A stretch of DNA of 64,000 bases from an uncultured Gammaproteobacteria bacterium. GTDB lineage: Bacteria > Pseudomonadota > Gammaproteobacteria > Steroidobacterales > Rariloculaceae. Location of the stretch: contig CAYXIJ010000007.1 of the NCBI GenBank assembly GCA_964465375.1, forward strand, positions 2,212 to 66,211, read 5' to 3'. The notes under the pieces were generated by a model that did not search any database, was not told the origin of the DNA, and worked only from the letters and a program-made list of their open reading frames with translations. The first letter of the stretch is position 1, and every line of letters begins with the position of its first letter. Shown one piece after another: positions 1 through 9,668 of the stretch. The position numbers were made by a program, and so were the translations under genes.

Positions 1-855
1 GTAAGAGACCTGTAAAAATTCTGCGATCAAAAAAGCAGAAGCGCCCATCACCGGTGGAGCCACCTGACCACCATTGGAGGCCACCGCCTCGATAGCGGCC
101 GCAAAGTGGGCCTTAAAGCCAGATTTTTTCATCAAGGGTATGGTGACAATGCCCGTAGACATAATATTTCCAACAGTAGTGCCGTTGATAGAACCAAATA
201 CACTCGAGGCAACTACTGCAACCTTGGCCGGACCGCCACGCCGATGACCCATGGTGCCAAGAGCGATATCAGTGAAAAATTTCGTGGCACCACTTACCTC
301 CATTAATTTACCCAGAAGAATAAAAGCCAGAACCAAAGTGCCCATGATGGTCACCACGAGACCTGGAATGCCATTTGTGTCGGCATAAATGTACATAACA
401 AGGCGTGATACCGGTAGTTGCTCGGATTGAAAGGGCTGAGGAAAAATCCACCCAAAGAGACCGTAGGCAATCAGTACCCATACCAGAATAGTAATGGGCA
501 AGCCTGCTGATTTTCGCATGGCCTCCATTAATAACAGAATGGCAAAAATACCGGGAACGAACTTCTGGGGTGTCTGGCCAGCCAAATCGATAACCCAATC
601 ACTGTAGTTCAACGACATCCACAACCAACAGCCCAACGCCGTAAAGCCGAGAAATAATTCCAGCACTCCTGCTTGCTTTTGGTAGGGATGGCGTAAAAAA
701 GCCGCGGCAATCCCCACCGAAAGAAATGCCCCAATCCATTCAGCGGATATGAGAGAAAAACCAAAGTACTGAGGAACATTAACAACCCAGGCGACACCGA
801 TGAAGATTATCGAGCCCAGATAGATTTTTTCGAGAAAAGCTATAAAGCCCCTCAT
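1..855 (-). CDS. TRAP transporter fused (4TM/12TM-type) permease, N-terminal part; the gene runs off the left edge
   Basis: Absent from the ORF track because no stop codon lies in the window. The minus strand from ATG (853-855) is open for 285 codons down to position 1: MRGFIAFLEKIYLGSIIFIGVAWVV...GTMGHRRGGPAKVAVVASSVFGSINGTTVGNIMSTGIVTIPLMKKSGF... It is polytopic. It parallels the 629-aa permease at 7609-9498 (GWSRGGPAKAAVLASAMFGSISGSPSGNSATTGVFTIPLMKRIGY). It starts 20 nt after the TAXI binding-protein gene. Confidence 0.8.
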   Translation of the reverse strand, partial: MRGFIAFLEKIYLGSIIFIGVAWVVNVPQYFGFSLISAEWIGAFLSVGIAAAFLRHPYQKQAGVLELFLGFTALGCWLWMSLNYSDWVIDLAGQTPQKFVPGIFAILLLMEAMRKSAGLPITILVWVLIAYGLFGWIFPQPFQSEQLPVSRLVMYIYADTNGIPGLVVTIMGTLVLAFILLGKLMEVSGATKFFTDIALGTMGHRRGGPAKVAVVASSVFGSINGTTVGNIMSTGIVTIPLMKKSGFKAHFAAAIEAVASNGGQVAPPVMGASAFLIAEFLQVSY

Positions 856-875
856 GGTAATCGTATGTCCATATC

Positions 876-1973
876 TTATCTGTGCACAGCTATGAGCTTT
901 GCTTGATTGTCCTCATGGGCCTCATTCCACAAACCCACCTCCCTAAAATATCTAATTGCTCCTGGGTGGTAAGGATGGGGCGTGTTAGCAGGTGCAAGGC
1001 TGTCGGCCGGAATAGCCGCTAAGATAGGATAGTCATTCTGGAGACTCTCCCAATTGCCATGAATGGTCTTCACGATAATGTAGGCATCGTTCTCTGGGAG
1101 ATGAACACCAGTATTGATAAAGCTGTTGAAGTTAGCAATCCGAGTTGGCTTGTCGAGTGCGACGGTCACTGGACCGGGAATTGCCGTAGCTACCCAGGAG
1201 CCCGGCATGAGCTCCGAAAGCTTTTGCTCATCCTGGCCCATTTCAAGAAAGCGGATACCGCCCGGTATTGCAGCGTGGGCCTGTCTGGCGAGAGCAAGAT
1301 CAATGGCTGCTGACACCGCGTCTACCCTACCCTCAGTAAGCAGACGGAGACCTTCAGGCAGACCGGAGACGGTAATGGGTACAACGCTCTCTTCTGTCAA
1401 TCCGCCCGTCGCGAGAATGGCCCTGTGTAGGCTCGCCAACGATGTGTTCGCCCGCATGGTAATGACGACTCGCTTGCCCAGCAGTTCCTCGATTCGGTGT
1501 ACGCCTGAATCGGCCCTCACCACGTACATGAGCCCAACCGTCCAAAGGGACATCAGCGCTCGCAAATTTGACATGGGGCTTACATAAGGCCCGGCCCCCC
1601 GATACGAAAGGTAAGAATCCATGGAAGAATTTATGCCTAGCGTAATCTCTCCGCGGTGCAGCATGGGAACATATACTGAAGATCCGCCGAACGGGCGTAC
1701 TGTGGAGGCAACACCAAGTCTTTCCTGAAGCAGTTTGGCAATCCCCCCACCCAGCAAGTTGTAGTTAGTTCCAGGGGGATTACTGCCAATGGTAACCCGG
1801 CTAAGTTGATCGTCGACTTCGCCATGACAGCCCGAAATGCCCGCAGCCAGAAATAGAAAAGTGAATACTGCGACGGCACGGTTCAGGTGATTCACCACCC
1901 ATGGCGACTGAATAAGCAGACCAGCCCAACTGCCTGCCACCCTTGTCCGTCGATGGTGAATCCGGCAAATCAC
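876..1973 (-). CDS. TAXI-family TRAP transporter solute-binding protein
   Basis: 365-aa ORF whose true start is probably internal. Hydrophobic leader AVAVFTFLFLAAGISGC. The body (TIGSNPPGTNYNLLGGGIAKLLQE, GEITLGINS, PYHPGAIRYFRE) is typical of TAXI-type receptors. A fused permease gene follows immediately. Confidence 0.8.
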   Translation of the reverse strand: MICRIHHRRTRVAGSWAGLLIQSPWVVNHLNRAVAVFTFLFLAAGISGCHGEVDDQLSRVTIGSNPPGTNYNLLGGGIAKLLQERLGVASTVRPFGGSSVYVPMLHRGEITLGINSSMDSYLSYRGAGPYVSPMSNLRALMSLWTVGLMYVVRADSGVHRIEELLGKRVVITMRANTSLASLHRAILATGGLTEESVVPITVSGLPEGLRLLTEGRVDAVSAAIDLALARQAHAAIPGGIRFLEMGQDEQKLSELMPGSWVATAIPGPVTVALDKPTRIANFNSFINTGVHLPENDAYIIVKTIHGNWESLQNDYPILAAIPADSLAPANTPHPYHPGAIRYFREVGLWNEAHEDNQAKLIAVHR

Positions 1974-2002
1974 GAGTAAATCGATTCGTCCTGAGTGCCG
2001 AG

Positions 2003-3193
2003 CTAGTTAGTTGTCGCTGGTAAAAATTTCTGAACGCGCTTACCGGTATTGACCTCAGCAGTATAAAGATTGCCGCGGGAATCTGAAGCAATATTGTGGA
2101 CCCACTCAAATTGGCCTGCTTGACGACCGCCTTGTCCGAAGGATCCGATGACCGCTAAATCTTCACGGCTAATGATCCAGACCTTCTTGTTGTGTCCATC
2201 GGCCATAAATAGCCAAGCTTGTGCTGGGTCTGAAGAAAGTGCTAAATCCCAAGCCGAGCCCTGACCAAGGGTCTGGGGTGCAACAATCGCCTCGCGCACA
2301 AAGGTACCATCCCGGAGAAAAACCTGAATCCGGTTGCTGGTTCGATCCGTCATGTAAAGCAAACCGTCAACGGAAAGCCGAACGGTATGCACAGGGTTAC
2401 GGTAACCGCGGAACTGTTCAGCCTCCGGATCATATTCCGGCCAGGGCTCATCATCGGGCCGTTCGCCGTAAGCACCCCAATGACGCTTGTACTCACCAGT
2501 ATCTGCATCAAACACTACAATCCGGTGATTCAGGTAACCATCTGCCACGAAAACCTCCCTGGTCTCGGGGTCCACAGCAATGTCTGCTGGTCGTCCCAGT
2601 CGCTGCGGATCATTACTGCCGCCTGTCTCGTACCAATAACCAATGGTCAGCAAACGTTCGCCACTGGGGCTCATTTTCAGGACCACGTGGTCATCCATCC
2701 CATTACCACCCATCCACAGGTTATCCTCGTGATCTACGAAAAGACCGTGTTCAGCCGCCGGCCAACCATCCTCTGGATCCACCCATTCACCCAAGTCCTG
2801 GTTCCATGTGGGACCACCCCACGCTTGGACAACATTCCCCTCCGGGTCGAACTCAACAATTGAAGGTGCGGGTACACAACAGTCCGCCGTGGGCGGGTCT
2901 TGCACCGCCGCTGCCTCATGAGCGGTAAGGCTGCGGGGGCGATGAACAATCCAAATGTGGTCATGAAGATCGACCGCCAAACCCGAAACCTGCCCAATAA
3001 TCCAATTATTAGGTAACGGCTTAGGCCAAAAAGGATCAATCTTGTACTGAGGAGCCGCCGACGAAGACCGCAATTCAGGTTGGCTGGCGGGTTCAGTATC
3101 GGTTGCCTGCTGGCCACAAGCGCCTAGTGTGAATGCTAAGACGGGGCTCAGCGCAACGGTAACGATTCGCCACAGAATTCGGTCTATTTTCAT
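2003..3193 (-). CDS. NHL-repeat / six-bladed beta-propeller lipoprotein (peptidyl-alpha-hydroxyglycine lyase-like)
   Basis: 396 aa. Lipoprotein signal (LAFTLGAC). Repeated blade motifs NHRIVVFD, SNRIQVF and GQFEWVHNIASDSRGNLYTAEV. Confidence 0.65.
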   Translation of the reverse strand: MKIDRILWRIVTVALSPVLAFTLGACGQQATDTEPASQPELRSSSAAPQYKIDPFWPKPLPNNWIIGQVSGLAVDLHDHIWIVHRPRSLTAHEAAAVQDPPTADCCVPAPSIVEFDPEGNVVQAWGGPTWNQDLGEWVDPEDGWPAAEHGLFVDHEDNLWMGGNGMDDHVVLKMSPSGERLLTIGYWYETGGSNDPQRLGRPADIAVDPETREVFVADGYLNHRIVVFDADTGEYKRHWGAYGERPDDEPWPEYDPEAEQFRGYRNPVHTVRLSVDGLLYMTDRTSNRIQVFLRDGTFVREAIVAPQTLGQGSAWDLALSSDPAQAWLFMADGHNKKVWIISREDLAVIGSFGQGGRQAGQFEWVHNIASDSRGNLYTAEVNTGKRVQKFLPATTN

Positions 3194-3244
3194 CTTGATA
3201 CTCCTTCTCCGGGAGGTGCGGCAATATTATGCACAGCACTAACC

Positions 3245-4093
3245 TCAGGGTGCAAAGAAAGCCCCTATCCTCTCGGCAATAAGTGTTTGTGCACCTTCCA
3301 GATGGAGATGGTGGCCACCAGGTACAGCAACCTTTTCTAGATGGGTGAAATCAGAAATTATGTCCTCGAAAAACAGCTGGCTCTGAATTGGTGAATCCTG
3401 GGCAAGAAAGAGTAATACGGGGGCACTCACACGCGAGACAAATGCCCTAAGTTGATCATGGGTCAATAGAAATTCTGATTTACCCTTTAGTCTCTGATCA
3501 AATTGCCACTGAAATCCCTCTTTCACCTGGCGAAGCGATCTCACCGCCAAAATCTTGGCGGCCTCTTCGCTCAGCATAGACCAACCGTCCCTGCGCCCTG
3601 CGATCGCCTCATCTCTATTGGCAAAAATCCGGCCAGATCTCTGAGCCAACTTCACTCTGTCCCGAAACGACTGAGCGAGATTTTCTGGCGCATCTTCCGT
3701 GTTACCAATTGTCGCAACACCACCCTCAATAAGTATCAGCTTACTGACTCGTTCAGGAAAAGTTCCCGCGATCAAGGTAGCTACGTTAGCACCCCTCGAA
3801 TGCCCTACAAGTGCAAACTGCTCCCAGCCCATTTGATCCGCAATCTGGGTAATGTCACCGACTTCTTGCCAGATATTGTAGGCAGAATCTTTAGAACGAT
3901 TGGCGCTGAGGCCATGGCCAGCGGAATCTACGGCAAGGGAATGGCAACTCTCGAGCAACGGAGCGAGGCGATCAAAACTCCCTGCATTGTCAAGCCAGCC
4001 ATGCAAGAAAATGACTGGCCTCCCACTCCGGTCACCCCACTCCCGGGCTGCTAGTGTAAGACCTGGTAATTGAAACTCTCGCTCTTCAGGCAT
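3245..4093 (-). CDS. alpha/beta-fold hydrolase
   Basis: 282 aa. HGWLDNAGSF region, GHSRGA nucleophile elbow (G-x-S-x-G), C-terminal GGHHLH. Confidence 0.8.
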   Translation of the reverse strand: MPEEREFQLPGLTLAAREWGDRSGRPVIFLHGWLDNAGSFDRLAPLLESCHSLAVDSAGHGLSANRSKDSAYNIWQEVGDITQIADQMGWEQFALVGHSRGANVATLIAGTFPERVSKLILIEGGVATIGNTEDAPENLAQSFRDRVKLAQRSGRIFANRDEAIAGRRDGWSMLSEEAAKILAVRSLRQVKEGFQWQFDQRLKGKSEFLLTHDQLRAFVSRVSAPVLLFLAQDSPIQSQLFFEDIISDFTHLEKVAVPGGHHLHLEGAQTLIAERIGAFFAP

Positions 4094-4167
4094 GATTCAA
4101 ATATTCTGCTGACCGGTGTTGATTGATTTACCCCGATTTTTTCTATTTTGTTGACCGCTTAAAATTT

Positions 4168-4791
4168 TTATAAAAGTCGCTTTAGAATTTCCTCTGCCTC
4201 CTCAAACGTTACCTCCCCCGGCTTCTGGACGTAACGAACATTGCCGTCTCGGTCGATGAAAACATTAAAAGGAAGTCCGCCGTAATTATTCCCATAACCG
4301 GCTGAAATACCCATAACCTCGAAAACATCGCCAAAGAGGACCGGAAAATCCACCTGAACCTCCGAAAGAAATTTCTCTACATTCTCTGCGTTATCTGCGG
4401 CAACACCAATAACTTCAAAATCCTGTCCAAGATACTTGGCTCTCAATTCATTGAATGCGGGCATTTCCTTTCGGCAGGGAATGCACCAACTTGCCCAGAA
4501 ATCGATCAACAGAACCCGTCCATCCCATTCTGCGATGGAATGCAAGCCACCATCTAAGTCAGTAAGTTGAAAATCTGGGCGCTTAAATTCAGTCACCACT
4601 GAAACAAATCTAGTCGTCTCCCCCCCTTGAGCTAGAGTTAGCCCCTGAGGAACTCCAATCATCACTAACAAAAAGCTACCCACTAGAATATTTTTAAAGG
4701 TTGCTGTTTTTATGACCAAGTACCAGTTTCCTTTTTTAGCTGCAAAAAACTTCCATGCTGATAATGAAGTATTGTCTTTGAGTTTATCCAA
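4168..4791 (-). CDS. TlpA/ResA-like thiol:disulfide oxidoreductase (membrane anchored)
   Basis: 207 aa. N-terminal hydrophobic anchor and a thioredoxin fold with WASWCIPC (CxxC). Confidence 0.8.
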   Translation of the reverse strand: MDKLKDNTSLSAWKFFAAKKGNWYLVIKTATFKNILVGSFLLVMIGVPQGLTLAQGGETTRFVSVVTEFKRPDFQLTDLDGGLHSIAEWDGRVLLIDFWASWCIPCRKEMPAFNELRAKYLGQDFEVIGVAADNAENVEKFLSEVQVDFPVLFGDVFEVMGISAGYGNNYGGLPFNVFIDRDGNVRYVQKPGEVTFEEAEEILKRLL

Positions 4792-4997
4792 ATTATAACT
4801 ACCCCCAATTTTTCCTAGAAACCAAAAAATCTTTCACTGCTCACTCCTACTACTTTCTAGCCGAGATAAGTACCAGTAAATACTCTGACCGTCAATGTAT
4901 CGTGACTTAGTCTAATATTTTTTTCTTAGCTCACTCTCAACTTGACATGAAACGTATAGCGTGTGAATTTCTTCTCCGCTGCGCGGGAGGTCGGCAT

Positions 4998-5990
4998 ATG
5001 AAACTAGGAACGGTCAATTACCACGAAAAAGAGACTGTCATCGCCCAAATAGATGGCGGAAAGATAACGACGCTAGCAAATGCTTATTCCGCTGCTAACT
5101 TCGGCGAAGCTCCAAATAACATGCTCGCACTCATTAAGGGAGGAAGAAAAGAATTAAGTAGGGCGCAAGAGGCGGTTCAGAGCGTAACCTCAAAAGCTAT
5201 CAATCCGATAGATGAAAAAAACTTTGACTGGCTGGCACCGCAGCCTCATCCGAGTAAAATTTTTGGAGTTGCATTCAACAACAAGCGGTTAATGGAGACA
5301 GCGCACAAAGATCCTCAGGTGCCCAATTTTTTCCTAAAGCCGCCTTCGTGTCTGACCGGACACCTAAAGCCGATAGAAATCCGCAGTTTTTATGGGGCAA
5401 CTATCCCAGAATGCGAGCTTGCCGCCATTATTGGGCGCCGAGCTAAAAACATTTCAGCTGAAAAAGCACTGGATTATATTTTCGGTTATAGCATCATGAA
5501 CGATGTCACATCTCACCAAATGAAATTCTCAATGGACAGTGTCGCCGTAACAAGGCCAAAGGAAATTTGGGCACCCTATATGTCGGAATGGCGACATATA
5601 CACCGAAAAGATGACAGAGATCTGTATTTTGTTTATCACTCCCGCTCAAAAGGAGCAGACACTTTCGGGCCTTGCGGTCCCTGGATCACCACTGCAGATG
5701 AAGTCATAGACCCAAATGATCTTCAGGTGAAAGCATGGATTGATGGAGAACAGTTTGCTGATGACCACACGTCTAGCTACCGTTTCAAGATCCAAGAAGT
5801 AATCGCAGAGGCTAGCCGGTTCTTTACTCTAGAGCCGGGCGATATGTTCTCTTTTGGCACCACAGCTAAGGGCGTTGGACGCTTTCCTCATGCTCACCGA
5901 AACATAGACCTCTCGAAAATGACCGGGATTATCAAGATTAAAATTTCTGGTCTGGGATGTCTTGCAAACCCTATATCTCATATCAAATAG
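4998..5990 (+). CDS. fumarylacetoacetate hydrolase (FAH) family protein
   Basis: Start moved from ORF-track position 4947 to ATG 4998, which has GGGAGG 8 nt upstream. FGYSIMNDVTS and FTLEPGDMFSFGT are FAH-family blocks. Confidence 0.8.
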   Translation: MKLGTVNYHEKETVIAQIDGGKITTLANAYSAANFGEAPNNMLALIKGGRKELSRAQEAVQSVTSKAINPIDEKNFDWLAPQPHPSKIFGVAFNNKRLMETAHKDPQVPNFFLKPPSCLTGHLKPIEIRSFYGATIPECELAAIIGRRAKNISAEKALDYIFGYSIMNDVTSHQMKFSMDSVAVTRPKEIWAPYMSEWRHIHRKDDRDLYFVYHSRSKGADTFGPCGPWITTADEVIDPNDLQVKAWIDGEQFADDHTSSYRFKIQEVIAEASRFFTLEPGDMFSFGTTAKGVGRFPHAHRNIDLSKMTGIIKIKISGLGCLANPISHIK

Positions 5991-6017
5991 GTCTATGCAG
6001 AAAAAATTGGCATCAGA

Positions 6018-6938
6018 ATGATTGGGTGGCTCGAAAAACTAAATGCGGGTGAAATTCTGCTTATTGACGGCGGTACCGGTAGTGAGCTGCAACGTCGGGG
6101 TGTCACTATGGATAGAAATGCGTGGAGCGGGCCTGCCGCCTACACCCACAAAGAGGTACTTCGGAAAATTCACACGGACTACATTAGAGCTGGAGCACAA
6201 ATTATTACCACTAACACCTTTGGAACAACGCGCTTCGTCCTAGAAGCCGCAGGACTTGGAGATGAATTCCGTAAAATCAACAAGTCCACAATTGATGCAG
6301 CCCAAGAAGGGCGCGAAGACGCTAATGGTGAGTATGTTGCCATCGCTGGATCTCTCTCCTGCTTGCCGCCTGGCTTGAATGCGGACACCTATCCTAGTAA
6401 GCGCAAAGAAAAAGACGACTACCAAGAATTGGCAGAGCTCCTTGCAGAAAGTGGCGTTGATTTGATTGCACTGGAAATGATGGAGGACAACTATCACTCA
6501 TTGATGGCTATGGAAGCTGCTCAGGAAGTAGGGTTGCCTCTCTGGCTCGGGGTCAGCTCCCGATTAGGCACGGACGGCAAATCACTTGTGGCATTTGATT
6601 TTCCAGATACATCCTTTTCAAGTGTCCTGCAATCTTTAGTTCCCTTAGGCCCTTTGGTTGTAAATATTATGCACACAGAGCCAGATGTCGTGCCAAGTGC
6701 TCTAAAAAATCTGAGGCAACACTGGGCCGGACCAATTGGAGTCTATCCAGAATTAGGAGATTTCTCTGCGCCCAATTGGGTTTTTAATAATTTGATGGAG
6801 CCAAAGCGTTTTGCAGAACATGCACTGGAATGGGTCCGGGGCGGTGCTCGGCTACTCGGGGGTTGCTGTGGAACCACACCGAAACATATTCAAATTCTCA
6901 AAAGAAAAATGCCTGACTTGCTCGCTGCGCGTGCTTAG
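6018..6938 (+). CDS. homocysteine S-methyltransferase family protein
   Basis: 306 aa. LLIDGGTGSEL, ITTNTFG and the C-terminal zinc-ligand block [11 protein letters not shown]. The same block recurs in the MetH N-terminal domain at 45014. Confidence 0.85.
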   Translation: MIGWLEKLNAGEILLIDGGTGSELQRRGVTMDRNAWSGPAAYTHKEVLRKIHTDYIRAGAQIITTNTFGTTRFVLEAAGLGDEFRKINKSTIDAAQEGREDANGEYVAIAGSLSCLPPGLNADTYPSKRKEKDDYQELAELLAESGVDLIALEMMEDNYHSLMAMEAAQEVGLPLWLGVSSRLGTDGKSLVAFDFPDTSFSSVLQSLVPLGPLVVNIMHTEPDVVPSALKNLRQHWAGPIGVYPELGDFSAPNWVFNNLMEPKRFAEHALEWVRGGARLLGGCCGTTPKHIQILKRKMPDLLAARA

Positions 6939-6946
6939 TCACAAAG

Positions 6947-7579
6947 TTAATCTGGAATAGGAATGTCCTCGGCTTTTTTGGGGATGTCATATCCCCTTTG
7001 CACGGCCGGTCGCTCAGCAATCTGCAGGTACCAGCGCCTTAGGTTAGGAAAACTAGGCCAATGTACTTTCTGCCTTTCGTAACGGGCAATCCAAGGCCAA
7101 GTGGCGATATCTGCTATGGAGTATTCCCCTGCTAGAAAGTTGGATTGCTCCAGGCGCTTGTCTAGAACACCGTAGATTCTCGCATTCTCATTTAAGTAGC
7201 GCTCCTCTGCATATTCGGATTTGCCCGGATTGAAATAATGAAAATGATGGGTCTGACCCAGCATGGGACCTACGGTTGCCATCTGCATCATCAGCCACTC
7301 AAGTACTGCCCAGTTGGTTGGCTCGGATTGGGGCATGAACTGCCCAGTTTTCTTTGCCAGATACAGAAGAATGGCCCCAGACTCCATCATAGAAATACCT
7401 GTATCGTGATCGACGATAGCGGGAATTTTGTTATTCGGGCTGATTTTGAGGAATTCGGGTTCGTGCTGCTCCCCCTCGCGGATGTTGATTGGAATAGTCT
7501 TGTAAGGCAGTCCAACCTCCTCGAGCATAATAGAGATCTTTCGGCCATTGGGAGTAGTCCAGGTATACAGATCAATCAT
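6947..7579 (-). CDS. glutathione S-transferase family protein (YfcG/YghU-like)
   Basis: 210 aa. MIDLYTWTTPNGRKISIMLEEVGLPY thioredoxin-like N-domain, NNKIPAIVD, ESGAILLYLA. Confidence 0.85.
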   Translation of the reverse strand: MIDLYTWTTPNGRKISIMLEEVGLPYKTIPINIREGEQHEPEFLKISPNNKIPAIVDHDTGISMMESGAILLYLAKKTGQFMPQSEPTNWAVLEWLMMQMATVGPMLGQTHHFHYFNPGKSEYAEERYLNENARIYGVLDKRLEQSNFLAGEYSIADIATWPWIARYERQKVHWPSFPNLRRWYLQIAERPAVQRGYDIPKKAEDIPIPD

Positions 7580-7608
7580 AATGTTCCCTACGCGTTTAAG
7601 CTTGATGC

Positions 7609-9498
7609 TCAGGCGGTGCGTGTTCTACCAATAACCCACTGTGGAAGCAAGATGGCACCACCTAATGCCAATCCAGCAAACGGAATAAACAAGCCAGGAG
7701 CAATCGCAAGACACGCTGCCGCAAAAATAGTCAGACGCTGGGTGCGATTAAGTGCAAAAAAAGCGTATCCCCGAATACCCATAGCAAAGAATGCTGCACC
7801 AAAAACGGCTGTGATAATTGCAAAAACCATATCAATTAACTCACCCTGCAAAAGAAGACCTGGATTAAATACAAAAGCAAATGGGATCACGAAAGCAGCG
7901 ATACCAAGACGAACCGCCTCTCCCCCTGTTTCCCAAACCTTGCTTCCAGCAATGCTGGATGTGACAAAAACTGCAATACAGGTGGGTGGGGTGAAAAATG
8001 AAGCCAATCCCCAATAGATAACAAAAAGGTGTGCGGCTATATCTGAAACACCCATCCGAATCAATGCTGGCGCCATCAGGGTTGCAAGGGTTATATAGGC
8101 TGGTGTGGCATCAAGTCCCATGCCAACAAATAGGCTAACCACACCTACGAAAAGCATGGCTAAAACCAAATGGCCTCCAGCTAGATCAATAATAAAACGT
8201 GAAAACTTAAGACCCACTCCACTCAATTCTATGGCCCCAATCATCATCCCTACCCCGCCGGTAATCACTGCAATCACCACCCAACGGGTCACTCCTTCCT
8301 CCAGTGCCTGCAAGAACAAACGTGGCAATAACCAATTAGAGCGATCTTTGGACAAAAAACTGGCGCCCAACACAAACAGGCAAGCATAAACACCAGCTAT
8401 TCCCGGTGGCAGTGCAGCGACAATGAGAAAATAAAACAACCCAAGCATGGGAACTAGGTAGTACCACCCCCGAATAAATACGGCTTTGAAGCTTGGCAAG
8501 TCACTCGCTGACAAAGGAGCAACGCCATCCTTTTTTGCCTGCAGATGAACAGAAAAAAAGACAATAAAAAAATAAAGTACAGCTGGTATGGCAGCTGCAA
8601 ATACAATCTCTACGTAAGGTACGTTGATCCACTCGGCCATTAGAAATGCAATCGCGCCCATTACGGGAGGAAGAATCATTCCGCCACTAGACGCTACTGC
8701 TTCTACAGCTGCTGCAAAAGCCCCTGTGTAACCAATACGCTTCATGAGGGGTATCGTGAAAACACCGGTAGTGGCTGAGTTGCCCGATGGCGAACCCGAT
8801 ATAGACCCGAACATAGCACTTGCCAGTACCGCGGCTTTAGCGGGCCCGCCCCGAGACCAGCCTGTGAGTGCCAATGCCATGTCCATGAACCAGTGACTCG
8901 CACCACACCTATGCATCAGGGCACCAAAAATTAGATAAACGATGACGATGTTAGCCGCCACATCCAAGGGACGACCAAAAATACCAGCATCACCTACGTA
9001 CACGCTGAACAACAACTGCTCTATCGGAAAACCGATGCCCCGCAAAACGCCGGGCAGGAACTGCTGAAACATCGTGACACAAATAAAAAACAATATGATG
9101 GCGGGTAAAACCCAGCCTGTTACGCGCCGAATCGCAACTAAAAGTGAAATAACAAGCAGCGAAGAAGCAATGATTCCTGGCCTATCAAGAAAACCAAATA
9201 ACGTATAACCAAGAATGCGGTCATGGAAAAAAATTACAAAGCCCCCGCCTGCTAGTGCTAAAAGCAGAAAACAAAAATCTAACGAATGCCTAAATCGACT
9301 TGAGATGGCTTCTTGACGATGACGATCTGGAGGCATGAATAGAAAAAGGACGAATAGTGCGCTACAAAGACTTACAGCCTTATGTACTTGATCCGGGACG
9401 AAAACCCCAAACCATGTCGGCAATTGGGAAACCACACAAAGATGATAGACAGCAATAATTCCCGCGGCCCAACGCAAAAGATATACTCCCATTAGCAC
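7609..9498 (-). CDS. TRAP transporter fused 4TM/12TM permease
   Basis: 629 aa and highly hydrophobic throughout. GWSRGGPAKAAVLASAMFGSISGS and VMGAIAFLMAEW blocks are typical of DctM-like fused permeases. Confidence 0.85.
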   Translation of the reverse strand: MLMGVYLLRWAAGIIAVYHLCVVSQLPTWFGVFVPDQVHKAVSLCSALFVLFLFMPPDRHRQEAISSRFRHSLDFCFLLLALAGGGFVIFFHDRILGYTLFGFLDRPGIIASSLLVISLLVAIRRVTGWVLPAIILFFICVTMFQQFLPGVLRGIGFPIEQLLFSVYVGDAGIFGRPLDVAANIVIVYLIFGALMHRCGASHWFMDMALALTGWSRGGPAKAAVLASAMFGSISGSPSGNSATTGVFTIPLMKRIGYTGAFAAAVEAVASSGGMILPPVMGAIAFLMAEWINVPYVEIVFAAAIPAVLYFFIVFFSVHLQAKKDGVAPLSASDLPSFKAVFIRGWYYLVPMLGLFYFLIVAALPPGIAGVYACLFVLGASFLSKDRSNWLLPRLFLQALEEGVTRWVVIAVITGGVGMMIGAIELSGVGLKFSRFIIDLAGGHLVLAMLFVGVVSLFVGMGLDATPAYITLATLMAPALIRMGVSDIAAHLFVIYWGLASFFTPPTCIAVFVTSSIAGSKVWETGGEAVRLGIAAFVIPFAFVFNPGLLLQGELIDMVFAIITAVFGAAFFAMGIRGYAFFALNRTQRLTIFAAACLAIAPGLFIPFAGLALGGAILLPQWVIGRTRTA

Positions 9499-9668
9499 AT
9501 CATAACTGGAAGTAAAAAATCTTTGAGGCGAAAACTCATAGAAAATTCAATGATCCGATGCCAATCACTTCGGTTCTCCCGAAATAATGCCAAATCCTGA
9601 TACCAAATTGACACTGCTATCCATTTTTCAACACTCCCGTTAAAAATAGAACGGGAATAGCGAACATA

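Noticed and set aside
308-797. ORF-track entries 308-598 and 609-797 on the minus strand.
   Set aside because: These are out-of-frame shadows of the real, edge-truncated TRAP permease gene (1-855, minus strand). Their translations are Cys/His/Arg/Trp-rich and unlike real proteins.
2221-2928. 235-aa and 158-aa plus-strand ORFs antisense to the NHL-propeller gene.
   Set aside because: They lie entirely inside a well-supported minus-strand gene. The products are Pro/Arg/His-rich and low in complexity, which is typical of antisense shadow frames.
7238-8017. 259-aa plus-strand ORF spanning the GST / TRAP-permease boundary.
   Set aside because: It is antisense to two confident genes and crosses their intergenic gap. 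Its Ala/Pro/Lys-rich product has no recognisable motif.
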